In this document: one piece after another, positions 1 to 9,468 of the stretch
Layout of the letters: each line of letters opens with the position of its first letter
Numbering within the stretch: the first letter of the stretch is position 1
Assembly (NCBI GenBank): GCA_965197925.1
Contig: CBDAOC010000017.1
Span: 32,001-96,000 of the forward strand
Direction: 5' to 3'
DNA: 64,000 nucleotides
From: Nitrososphaerales archaeon
GTDB taxonomy: Archaea > Thermoproteota > Nitrososphaeria > Nitrososphaerales > UBA213
Position numbers and translations under genes: made by a program
Notes under the pieces: model-generated
Told to the model about the DNA's origin: nothing
What the model saw: the letters and a program-made list of their open reading frames with translations, nothing else
The model's database searches: none

Positions 1-269
1 CTGCCCATCTTCATATATAGTAGTATCAAGAGCAAAATCGAAAGGTACTCGATGCTTCGTATCCACAAGTTCGTTTTGTACATACAATTCAACCTCCTCC
101 ACATCTTGTCCAATAGCCGCCACACTTAGAGTGGTATTACCTTGTAATACTTCTTCTTTCGGTAAAAGTATTGCTACAATTAAATCAGAATCATCAATAA
201 TAACAAAATCTATTGTTTGACATTGATGTCCACTATCTCCAAACAACTCCCTTTGTGGACATGCCTTAA
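1..269 (-). pseudogene. Fragment of an Ig-like-repeat surface protein, interrupted by an IS
   Basis: Minus frame reads ...VAILLPKEEVLQGNTTLSVAAIGQDVEEVELYVQNELVDTKHRVPFDFALDTTIYEDG, a bacterial Ig-like pattern; it is cut at the IS end at 270 and runs off the window edge. Confidence 0.5.
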
Positions 270-436
270 GAGCCTATCCTAAAATTCTATCTGATAGTTA
301 ATGATTGGTAGAAATGATAACATTTAGAATGCAAGAATATTAGTTCATACTGTCAGGTTTAGTTTTCTTACTATTGATTTTATTAGTATTGTAGACAGTA
401 GATACTAGAAACAGTTGCATTAACGTGTTTATGACA

Positions 437-1246
437 CTACCAATATATCGCTCTGTACACTATTAGACAGTCAGCAAATTCTGCTAGCGCCTGATAATTT
501 TCCTTCTTCTTCTCGAACCTTACCAATAACTTTCTGAACCTGTTATGCCAAGATGCGGTTCTTTCTACAACCCATCTCTTTGCTTTGTATAAATTCTTTT
601 TCAACACTTCACCCTTATGACGAATGTGATCCACATATCCCCTTCCTAACTCCATATTTCATACTCCATACTCTATCTCTGGAAAATCATATCCTATTCA
701 TGCATATGTTCTGTTTAACTTTGGGCCTATCAACAACAATGCTATCTATTGTAGGAAAGGCTGATTTCATATCGTGCTTGTTTGCTTCAGTAATTACAGA
801 TGAGAGAGGAATACCTCTGCTATCAACCAGCATGTGACGTCTGGTACCTAGCCTGCCTCTATCCGCTGGGTTTGCTCCGGTCGTTTTCCCCCTAATGGGG
901 CCTTCGGTACGCTATCCATGGATTGCCAGTCCCATCCCATGCCCTTCAATTCGTCATATATTTCCAGCAGCCTCTCCCATACCTTCTTGAATACTCCTAT
1001 CCCAATCCATTCCTGAAATCTTGCATGGCAAGTTGAGCCAGAACCAAATTCTTTCGATACCTTCTTCCACTGGCATCCAGTTCTTAATACGTACAGTATT
1101 CCATTCAACACTTTTCTAAATGGCACAGCTGGCCTTCCAACTGTTCTTGCTGGTTTCCCTGGCGGCAGCACTAGTTTGAACTCTACCCATAGATCATTTG
1201 GTATATGCCATATGGTCGGCATGCTCTTTTTCTTTGATTTTCTCAC
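437..1246 (-). pseudogene. IS5-family transposase (orfA 848-1246 plus frameshifted DDE part)
   Basis: ILYVLRTGCQW motif in orfA and RWVVERTASWHNRFRKL motif in the C-terminal piece; split over several frames. Confidence 0.85.
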
Positions 1247-1265
1247 AAATTTAGCTAGAGAGGAC

Positions 1266-1429
1266 AGATCTAGAACATACGAAAACGTAAACTAGCCATT
1301 TTAAAATTTTGACAAATCTGACGGCCATTATATAATGAATAAAAATTGATCATGGTTGAATGAATTGATAACGGCAAGGTCATGCCAGCTCATTGAATGA
1401 GGAAGCCAGCGTAGTCGTTGGTAGTTCAC
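1266..1429 (+). repeat. 164-bp inverted repeat, copy 1; miniature TnpB-family (IS605/IS607)-like element
   Basis: Exact reverse complement of 2285-2448. Contains TTATATAA and ends GAAGCCAGCGTAGTCGTTGGTAGTTCAC, like tnpB right ends. The repeat is certain; the identity is inferred. Confidence 0.8.
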
Positions 1430-1573
1430 GGATCAATGGAAAGGGAAGAGTTGGAGTTGAGAGAGATTATATGATTTATATAAGCATTTGATAACTATAT
1501 ATGAGATAAATATGTCTTATACAAATATGTATATACGTTTATATGGCATCGCTGTCTATTAAGAAATAGGTAA

Positions 1574-1843
1574 TTGGAAATGAGTAAAATAATACACTCT
1601 CCAAAATTAGATACGATTAGAATGGTAGAAAATGCTATCAAGACAGCAAAAACATACCCCTCAACCAACCAACTCTCCCGCACTCTAGAAAGACAGGTTC
1701 AGTATCCAACTCTCAAAACAATATTGAAGTATTTGGAAGAAAGTAACAAAATAATGTTTGACAAAGACGGCTCGATTATATGGATCTTCGCTGGCAATGC
1801 AAAATCCAAGAAATTACTATCTAGTGCTACCAGATATCGTTAA
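1574..1843 (+). CDS. Small winged-helix DNA-binding protein (putative antitoxin or regulator)
   Basis: 89 aa; HSPKLDTIRMVE...QYPTLKTILKYLEESNKI pattern; convergent with a RelE-like gene, stop codons overlapping at TTAA 1840-1843. Confidence 0.6.
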   Translation: MEMSKIIHSPKLDTIRMVENAIKTAKTYPSTNQLSRTLERQVQYPTLKTILKYLEESNKIMFDKDGSIIWIFAGNAKSKKLLSSATRYR

Positions 1844-2173
1844 CTTGTGTGGTATCCAAATCTTTTATCATATTCTTTATGCTGTAATACTTCCAAAATC
1901 AGACATGTAGTCTCTTTACCATTCGCTCATAATGGTATAGATCATTCTCCAGTTAGATCCTATAGCATATCTGAATAGATTGGTGATACCAAATTTCTTG
2001 ACATATTTCTTCGGCCAATGATTTTTCTCTATCTTATCACCTATATTAGGCTCTACTTTAAGAGAATCCATAGCTTCATCAATGTAATTCTTTAAATCAT
2101 TATTTAGATTATGAGACTTGTAAAATTTATCAAATTCCTTACTGCCAGAGATAGGTATTTCTCTCTTAGCCAA
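1840..2173 (-). pseudogene. RelE/ParE-like toxin, frameshifted near the C-terminus
   Basis: ITNLFRYAIGSNWRMIYTI continues in another frame as GKETTCLILEVLQHKEYDKRFGYHTS*. Confidence 0.55.
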
Positions 2174-2284
2174 TTATAAGATAGACAAAATATTTAGTTT
2201 ATAGGATTAACGGTTTAATTAAACTACTAACCATATTCCCAACCATTTTTTCCCAACATATTATTTCCCAGTGCTTGTGACTAT

Positions 2285-2448
2285 GTGAACTACCAACGAC
2301 TACGCTGGCTTCCTCATTCAATGAGCTGGCATGACCTTGCCGTTATCAATTCATTCAACCATGATCAATTTTTATTCATTATATAATGGCCGTCAGATTT
2401 GTCAAAATTTTAAAATGGCTAGTTTACGTTTTCGTATGTTCTAGATCT
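2285..2448 (-). repeat. 164-bp inverted repeat, copy 2
   Basis: Exact reverse complement of 1266-1429. Confidence 0.8.
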
Positions 2449-3014
2449 TTTCGATCATGTTACATTAGGGGTCGGCCCGTCACACTAGGTGTGGGGGGAT
2501 GGTGGGTAACATGTGTTCACGCTAGCTGATTATTTGGCGAAATCTGGACTTCATGGCCCATTCCCCCACGGGTCACGCTCCTTCCAGAATCCTCTACCCG
2601 CCAGGGGGTTGCCTTGTGACACCTCCGACCCGTGATCCCTTCAGTCCCGTGAACCTTTCAGTCTCGCGATGCCGTGAAGGGGCAAGGCAATGCGGTAAAA
2701 CGCCACCCATATTGTGTATGGTGGAAAAACCCCTTGCAAATCTTCTGTTATGCTGCCTTCCTGGCATCTGTTGTGGCAGTCGCAGAGTGCGTCCTGCAAT
2801 GCATCGGATCTGACCAGCGGAAAACTCCCATTCACCGTCAAAGCTGTATTTGACTATCCACATACCGAGTCACTCTGAACCATGCCCTCATACGTGGCAG
2901 TGTCCCATCGACTCTCAGATCCAACAGGGTAAATGTCAGTCACCACTATAACGGCAACACAGTGTATGAGTGTATACGCTTAATACGTTCTTTAGTTTAT
3001 TATGAATAACTGCT

Positions 3015-4483
3015 ATGGATGAGACAAATGACTCCCAAGATATTTTGATAGATCGCATTCATGTTGCAACTGGAGTATATTTAGTTAGAAAAAATGCCAA
3101 ACAAGCATTTCAAGATGCTAAATTTCTTTATGATAATCAAAAATTCCAAAATGCAATTCCTCTTTTTATAATCTCTCTTGAAGAAGCGTTGAAATCTCAT
3201 GAATTAGCCATTAAATTCAGAAAAAAACAATCCATTAGTTCTCAAGATTGGAATAATCTCCAAATTCATAAACATAAGCTAAGTTTTGTTTCAGATCTTG
3301 CAATTGAAAATATGGAATCTATGGATGAGGAAACTGCAAAAGATATTGCTAGAGAATTAGGAGAAGAAAATATGGTCAAGCGTAGAAATGAGATCATAGA
3401 CTTGATGAAAGCTGAAAAAGGCATAGAATCTCATTTTCAAAAACTCAAAGAATTTTGTCTTTATCAAAATTGGAATAAAGAATTTGCTGAGTGGGATGAA
3501 TTTGACGGATTGAATTCTGAGCAAAAAGGGGATCTAGCATATTTTGTGATGAAAAAAGCTGAAATTCATCTGCATCAATTAGATATGGCTATTGAAATGG
3601 CTGTCTATGTAATTCGTAGGGATGATTTTATGATAAAGGATCTAGAATTTCCCAGTTATAATGAACTTCGAAAGCCGGTAGATTTTGAAACTACAAATAG
3701 TATACATAACATTCTAGATAATCATTTCAAATATCATAGAGGTTTAAGAATTCTAGAATCAGTAATGGTTAAAAAAGCATTTGCGGTTGTTGATCAACTT
3801 CTTTCGAATGATCTAATAAACAAATGTTTAAAGCTTCCGCCTCGAAATGATTTAGATAACTGGTATCCTCATCCAGTAGTCAAATCAATATTTAATGCAA
3901 TGGCTGCATTGCATGAAGGAAAAAAGGATGGAAATTATGCAGGAGCTTCTGGAGATGCTGATTTAACTCAAAAAGGAGAACCCATGATGTTCGCTGTTTC
4001 AACAATTAATAAAAAAGATAAAATCATAAAAATTGAAAACATTATGATAAATGGAGAAGGGTATTCAATTAATGACAAAGTCATTGAACAAATTATGAAA
4101 ACAGAAATTGTAATAGATGCGGAGCCCGGGGAAAAAATACCGTTAGAAAAAATGCATCTAGCATTATCAAAAATTGGTTTAAAAATGAGAAAATTAAGAG
4201 ATGATGAAATTCAACCTGCAATAGACGATGCACTTTTCATGATTGAAGAAGGGAAGATAAACATTTCAGATGAAATGAAAGAACAGATTAAACTCGTAAC
4301 CCCGCAAAATAGGATCCTAACATACGTATAATAATTGGGACTAATTTTAGTTGTAAAATTCTAAAAGATGAAAATACAATTGTAATGACTGGCCAATACG
4401 ATCCATTAGAAAAATTCAAAGTTAGAGGAATGATATATGCTATGTTAGTTACTAGAAATAAACTGAGACTGGGCACAGGTTGA
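3015..4483 (+). CDS. AbiV-family (HEPN-like) abortive infection protein with a long C-terminal extension; probable late frameshift
   Basis: N-terminus NAKQAFQDAKFLY...AIPLFIISLEEALK...HKHKL fits the AbiV pattern. The ORF stops at 4331, but coding-like sequence continues in another frame to TGA 4481-4483. Confidence 0.65.
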
Positions 4484-4959
4484 TATAAATAGCAAGGCAA
4501 TCAATTTTTACAGTTTTAAAGCAACCTTAGACTTGATAAACCTCCCCTCCTCCGAAACATGCCATTCATGTTATTCCATCGTATGTTGCCCCACTGTACC
4601 AATGACTTTAAGAGTTTAGGTGATCCAGAAGCAACATAGAATCTATACTACGAGGATAAACTATAAGATCAATAAATGTGGAAAAACATTTTGAGCAGAT
4701 TTCATTTATGAACCAAGATTAGACCGCAAAAACGAAAAGGATGTCGATGTCAGGGATGTTGCTCATACACATCACACGGGACAATATGATCATAACCGGT
4801 GCAGCAGTCCACAGAGGTATGGCTCCGTCATAGGGAGCTAAATGACACCAACACTACATCGACGAGGGCATCAGGGGACTGCAAACGCGGCGGAACAGGA
4901 AGGACTGTCACGGATTTCCAAGGAGGACATGATCTTGATAAAGCGGCCTCTACCATAAC

Positions 4960-5052
4960 GCCCCTGAGGAATTCCATGTCTATGGAGTCCCCATCAATCA
5001 GCACGGCCATCTGGCGTGAGTTGGTTGTCATAACGCAATAGGCATCTACCAT
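4960..5052 (-). pseudogene. N-terminal fragment of an NYN/LabA-like domain
   Basis: MAVLIDGDSIDMEFLRGVMVEAA resembles the NYN start motif (AVLIDxDN); truncated and GC-rich. Confidence 0.4.
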
Positions 5053-5488
5053 GAATTATACTGTTTTCTAGATCTGTTTCGGTATAAACAATTAGGCTAT
5101 GATGTTAATTTTCGGATAAGCCCTTATTTGGTATAAATACTGCTGAGTACACTAGGTCTTGTATAATGTTTGACCTTTGTGGCTCCTAGGACTTTGGTAT
5201 TAATGATGAACTCGAACCACAATTTATCAAGTTGAAGGAAAAGAACGAAAGAAGGTTCAACCTAGCCCAAGTATGAATCCTGTATTATTGGAATGGCTTA
5301 TGGGACATGATATAGGTATAGCCGAACATTATCTAGCGAATAATGTCAAGTGGGAATATACTAAATTTGAGAAAACTGTACGAGTTTTCTAAAAATTGAA
5401 ATGATGATAGATTAGATTTTTGTTACTAGAATAGCTTCTTGTGCATATTTGATCTGGTTCTAGTAACATCAATAATCCAAAATCGTGA

Positions 5489-6049
5489 CTAATCTTGTTT
5501 CTTAGCGGATCCAAGTTTTTTAAGTAACATTATCACCCCTACAACTGAAACACCTGCCAGTAACGCAATGATAGACAACAAGCCTAAGAGATTCTGCCTA
5601 TCAACTGGTTGTAGAACAGTACCAGAACCCAAGGCATCCAAATCTTCCTGGGCATTGGCAAGCAACATTGTTCTGCTGCAAATACTTGTGTGCAATGAAC
5701 CCGAGACATCATGTGCATAGACTAGGTACTTTTCATATTCATTAAAATCATAACTGCACGTTGAACTACTTGATGTTCCAACAACAACTATTTTTTCAGT
5801 AACTCCTTTCCAAGATCTTTCCACATCAAATGTCACACTAATGCTTCCAAGGAAATCGTCAATACCAAGAAAACCCCTATCAACATTTAAAACTGTACCA
5901 GAAAATACAGCTGTAGATTTCTCAAGTGCTTCAATGGGTAGAGGGGATATTCTGCAAGAGCAAGCAAAAGCAGAATCCATACTACCAATTAAGACAAAAC
6001 TTGCTATGATAGTAAAAATCATTAATGAAGTAGTTGGACTCTTTCTCAT
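5489..6049 (-). CDS. Secreted TIMP/NTR-like protein with C-terminal membrane anchor
   Basis: Signal peptide ending AFA, then CSC; later SSTCSY, YLVYA and HTSICSRT; C-terminal TM helix followed by a basic tail. Confidence 0.7.
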   Translation of the reverse strand: MRKSPTTSLMIFTIIASFVLIGSMDSAFACSCRISPLPIEALEKSTAVFSGTVLNVDRGFLGIDDFLGSISVTFDVERSWKGVTEKIVVVGTSSSSTCSYDFNEYEKYLVYAHDVSGSLHTSICSRTMLLANAQEDLDALGSGTVLQPVDRQNLLGLLSIIALLAGVSVVGVIMLLKKLGSAKKQD

Positions 6050-6191
6050 AGAATTTATACATTGCAGGACTCATTTAATCTTTCGCTGAAATCTGCTTAA
6101 GATGACCCACTTCAGTAGAGCATGAAGAATTATGAGTAGCCGATGGTCTACCATATAGCGTTATAATCACATTATCGTAAAATTCAGAATT

Positions 6192-6797
6192 TTGAACCAT
6201 CACGCTTTGTCAGGTCATGTATTAGTAAAACAGCTAGGTGCCGTAAGAGGAATCGAAGGTGATGTGGCACAATGGTATTGGGATGCTGTAACAAACGTAA
6301 TTGATGACAAGTTTGAGTTTGAATCCAGGAGTGGTCAAAGAAAACCCAGAAATGCCATAGATCCTGTTAATGCTTTACTGAATTATGGATATTCAGTTTT
6401 GGAAAGTGAATGTTGGAAAGCCGTCAACAAGGTTGGTTTGGATGCTTATGTGGGATTTTTGCATGAAAATTACAACAACAAAGCATCATTAGTATACGGT
6501 TTGATGGAACCATTTAGATGGCTAGTTGATATCACTGTAATCAAAATAGCATTAAGGAGATTGATAAAGAAAAAGGATTTCCTAGAAACTAATGAAGGTA
6601 ATGTGTGATTAAGACCTAATGGCGTTAAACTACTTTTAAATGAGTTAGGAAAGTTGTTTGGAATGAGAGTTATTTACAAGATCAGAAAGCATCAGTGGTC
6701 TGGTATAATCGAAATAAAAACAAGAGAGTTGATGATGTATATTGATAAAAGATTGGATTATTTCGATTTCAATGTCCTAAGAACTAATATATTATGA
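6192..6797 (+). pseudogene. cas1: Solo Cas1 (casposase-like), C-terminal half
   Basis: GIEG, DPVNALLNYGY, GLDAYVGFLH and SLVYGLMEPFRWLVD motifs; N-terminal domain missing; in-frame TGA at 6606-6608, frame continues to 6797. Confidence 0.85.
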
Positions 6798-6854
6798 TTT
6801 CAAAAAAGTTAATTCTTGGGATTATTTATAATGTAATATTATGGATAATAAGAT

Positions 6855-7040
6855 ATGGGAATATCATCAGAGGGGCCAAAGTTAAGACAATTTTCGAATT
6901 TCTTAACTAATTCTGACTCAGAGGAATCGAAAAACTACATTGATGATATTATTGCTGGAGGGACTAAAAGGCCAGAGGATCTTTTTGTCCAAAAATTTCT
7001 AAGTGTGGATTTGTGGAAAGAATTAGGTTTTTCTGACACT
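6855..7040 (+). pseudogene. Truncated 5' end of a gene, possibly a restriction-modification enzyme
   Basis: PEDLFVQKFL...LWKELGF resembles HsdR_N/type IIG N-termini; cut by the IS at 7041. Confidence 0.35.
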
Positions 7041-7918
7041 GAAGTCATCCCAATACTCTCCAATACATCATAATCGACGAAATGATAACAAATGCCAGAT
7101 AGTTTTGTGCATTCTTCTCATATCTGATCCTGGTTCTGTGGAACCCATTCTTCAACCAGGCAAAGAATCTCTCCACAACATAGCGCGTCTTGCCGTATAG
7201 GTATTGTTCTGTATTATCATTTTGTTGTTGTGTCTTACTGTTTTTTCTGTAAGGCATGCAGTCAGAGATTTTTCTTTTGGTGAGGTATTTCCTGATGAAT
7301 TCTGCATCATAGCCCTTGTCTGCTTGGCACCGCGCAATTTTTCTGATAGATCTCTCATCCAGATATTGTGAGATGCCATCCATCACGTCTACAAATCTTG
7401 CAGAGTCATGCTGATTTGCAGGACATTACTACTGAGACTGGCAGTCCGTTTTGTTCCACCGCAACGTGTATTTTTGTGCCTGAAATCCTGTTGAATCCGT
7501 TGTATCCTATGACGCTTCCCCTTTTTTGGCCGGAACTGATGACGAATCGACCGTTTTTTGCAGCTGCATCTTGCCTGATCTGTGGGCTGATTTGACTGCA
7601 GCGGAGAGGATATTCTTCCATATTCCACGTCGCTGCCAGTTCTGCAGTCTGCGGTGCGCAGTTGATTTGGAGCCGTACCTTTGTGACATCCCAGTCCACC
7701 TGCATCCTGTTATCCCGACAAACAGGATTCCGTTGACTGTCTTTCTGTCGTCTGCCCTTGGCCTTCCGGTTCTGGCTGGCTTGGGGAGATGCGGTGATAT
7801 CATCTTCCATTGTTCACCTGTTATCTCCTGAAATTTCATGATCTGCTACGGGCAGCATTGCAAATAGATCCAAATGATCGTCAATTATTCACTAAGTGAT
7901 CAGTTTTGGGATCAGTTG
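7041..7918 (-). mobile_element. IS5-family element (family B, orfA/orfB), copy with a 2-bp deletion in orfB
   Basis: Imperfect TIRs CAACTGATCCCAA / GAAGTCATCCCAA; near-identical to 27191, 31435 and 58309; ITGCRW and RYVVERFFAWLK motifs; A6G slippery site between the ORFs; no target-site duplication. Confidence 0.92.
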
Positions 7919-7997
7919 GTTGTTGCAAAAATAGAAGCTGTCTTTTTCACTACATGCTTTGATGTTAACGAATCGTTTATAATTTTATCTTAGATCA

Positions 7998-8342
7998 CTA
8001 TGATTGTAACGGCACAAATACAATATCACTTACAATCTCTTTATGCTCTTGTATTATAGCAGCTCGTAATCTTAGTTTTGCTTCTTTCTTTGAGCTCTGT
8101 TCAATCTTTGCTGTAAATCTTAGTGACTTGTCAATTAATGCCTCTTTGCCGGCATACAGCCTAGTCGAGGGCGTAATTGTTTTACCATCTATGTTTGTAA
8201 AAAGTACCTGATCGCTCGCACCAGTAATATACGCATTCACTTGTATGCCATCAAACCTTCCTTCATAATTTATTAATACGATCCCAGTAATGGTCGAGCC
8301 TGCAAAACTATTCTGATCCATGATTATCTGAATCTCCCTCAT
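7998..8342 (-). CDS. Hypothetical protein
   Basis: 114-aa ORF with normal composition. Confidence 0.65.
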   Translation of the reverse strand: MREIQIIMDQNSFAGSTITGIVLINYEGRFDGIQVNAYITGASDQVLFTNIDGKTITPSTRLYAGKEALIDKSLRFTAKIEQSSKKEAKLRLRAAIIQEHKEIVSDIVFVPLQS

Positions 8343-8376
8343 AAGACTTTCTCGGCCTCACTCCTAATGTTTTTTC

Positions 8377-8685
8377 TCATAACTCGTTCATGATATAATA
8401 TTTGTAACGCTTCTCCACTCCCTCGTTATCTCCATTGAGAACCTCTTTGATCATTTTTACCAGCATACTGGTAACGAACTTGTTCAATGAATCATATTTG
8501 GGTGTATCAACAAATGTGTTTAAGGTATATTCATAGTGCTTCATAAACTCAACGACCTTAGCCCTATATTCTTGCTTCGTTGGCTTTATTTTATATATAC
8601 GAAAGTAATAGTTCGCATTAGGGGCACCATAACTTTTCGCAAGGTTTTCAAGCAAAATGTTTAGCTCGTAATAGAGATCTGACAC
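8377..8685 (-). CDS. Hypothetical protein
   Basis: 102-aa ORF, tandem with 7998-8342. Confidence 0.6.
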   Translation of the reverse strand: MSDLYYELNILLENLAKSYGAPNANYYFRIYKIKPTKQEYRAKVVEFMKHYEYTLNTFVDTPKYDSLNKFVTSMLVKMIKEVLNGDNEGVEKRYKYYIMNEL

Positions 8686-8949
8686 GTAACTTCTGCAAAT
8701 TCTATCCTAAAATATCTTCCTCAAAAGTGCTGTCTCGAACAATTGCATGATTGGTGACCAAAGCCTACTGTAGATTCTTTGTCGTAAACATTTTGGTTAT
8801 CGATGCATTGGATCATTTCCTTAACCATATTCAACCATTTTACTGCCCATAGAGCTACCGAAAATCCATGTGAAAGTAGTATTTGTTTAGTTAGTTATAA
8901 ATGGGGGAATTACAGAAAACACTATTAACTTTTGAATTAAAATAATATC

Positions 8950-9468
8950 ATGAAAGTCAATAATTCATACATCGAACTTGTTCAAGGAGATATTACAGAA
9001 CTAAAAACAGATGCGATAGTTAACGCCGCAAATTCCAAGCTGAAACATGGAGGAGGTGTTGCAAGGGCAATTGTAAACAAAGGGGGATATTCGATTCAAA
9101 GAGAATCAGACAAACTGAAATTCTGTCCCGTAGGTAACGCTGTGATAACAACAGCAGGCAAACTGAAAGCACAATATGTTATACATGCAGTGGGTCCTAG
9201 GATAGGAGAAGGTAATGAGGATACAAAACTATTGAATGCAACATTAAGCGCATTGAAATTGGCCGATAAACACAAATTAAATAGTTTAGCATTTCCAGCA
9301 ATTTCTACTGGCATTTACAAATTTCCTACTGATAGATGTGCCTACATTATGCTTAATACTACCATAGAATTTTGTAAAGGGCAGATCAGCTTAACAAAGA
9401 TTATTTTCTGTTTGTATGAGCAACATACACTTTATACGTTCCAAAACACACTTAAGGATTTAACTTAA
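8950..9468 (+). CDS. Macro domain protein (ADP-ribose binding/hydrolase)
   Basis: GDIT, DAIVNAAN, GGGVA, VIHAVGP and AFPAISTGIY motifs. Confidence 0.93.
   Translation: MKVNNSYIELVQGDITELKTDAIVNAANSKLKHGGGVARAIVNKGGYSIQRESDKLKFCPVGNAVITTAGKLKAQYVIHAVGPRIGEGNEDTKLLNATLSALKLADKHKLNSLAFPAISTGIYKFPTDRCAYIMLNTTIEFCKGQISLTKIIFCLYEQHTLYTFQNTLKDLT

Larger units (their letters stand above)
270..5123 (-). mobile_element. IS5-family element (family A, IS1031-like) split by a ~3.8-kb insertion
   Basis: TIR GAGCCTATCCTAAAATT at 270 and AATTTTCGGATAAGCCC ending at 5123. Compared with the copies at 46273-47337 and 62637 onward, the IS sequence stops at TCTAGA 1269-1274 and resumes at TCTAGA 5067-5072. Confidence 0.85.

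Noticed and set aside
1266..2448. The 164-bp inverted repeats as casposon TIRs
   Set aside because: They do not enclose cas1 or polB, and the inner ends resemble tnpB right ends. Not fully excluded.
2461..2975. Group II intron fragment
   Set aside because: No recognisable domain V or reverse transcriptase sequence on either strand.
4740..4840. Possible PIN/VapC C-terminal fragment (DNMIITG)
   Set aside because: Too short and degenerate to support.
6192..6797. Functional CRISPR-Cas locus
   Set aside because: No cas2 or other cas genes and no multi-unit array in the window; Cas1 is truncated and has an internal stop.
7152..7831. Overlapping alternative ORFs inside family B IS copies and antisense ORFs across housekeeping genes
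   Set aside because: Shadow frames of real genes; they recur only because the IS is repeated.
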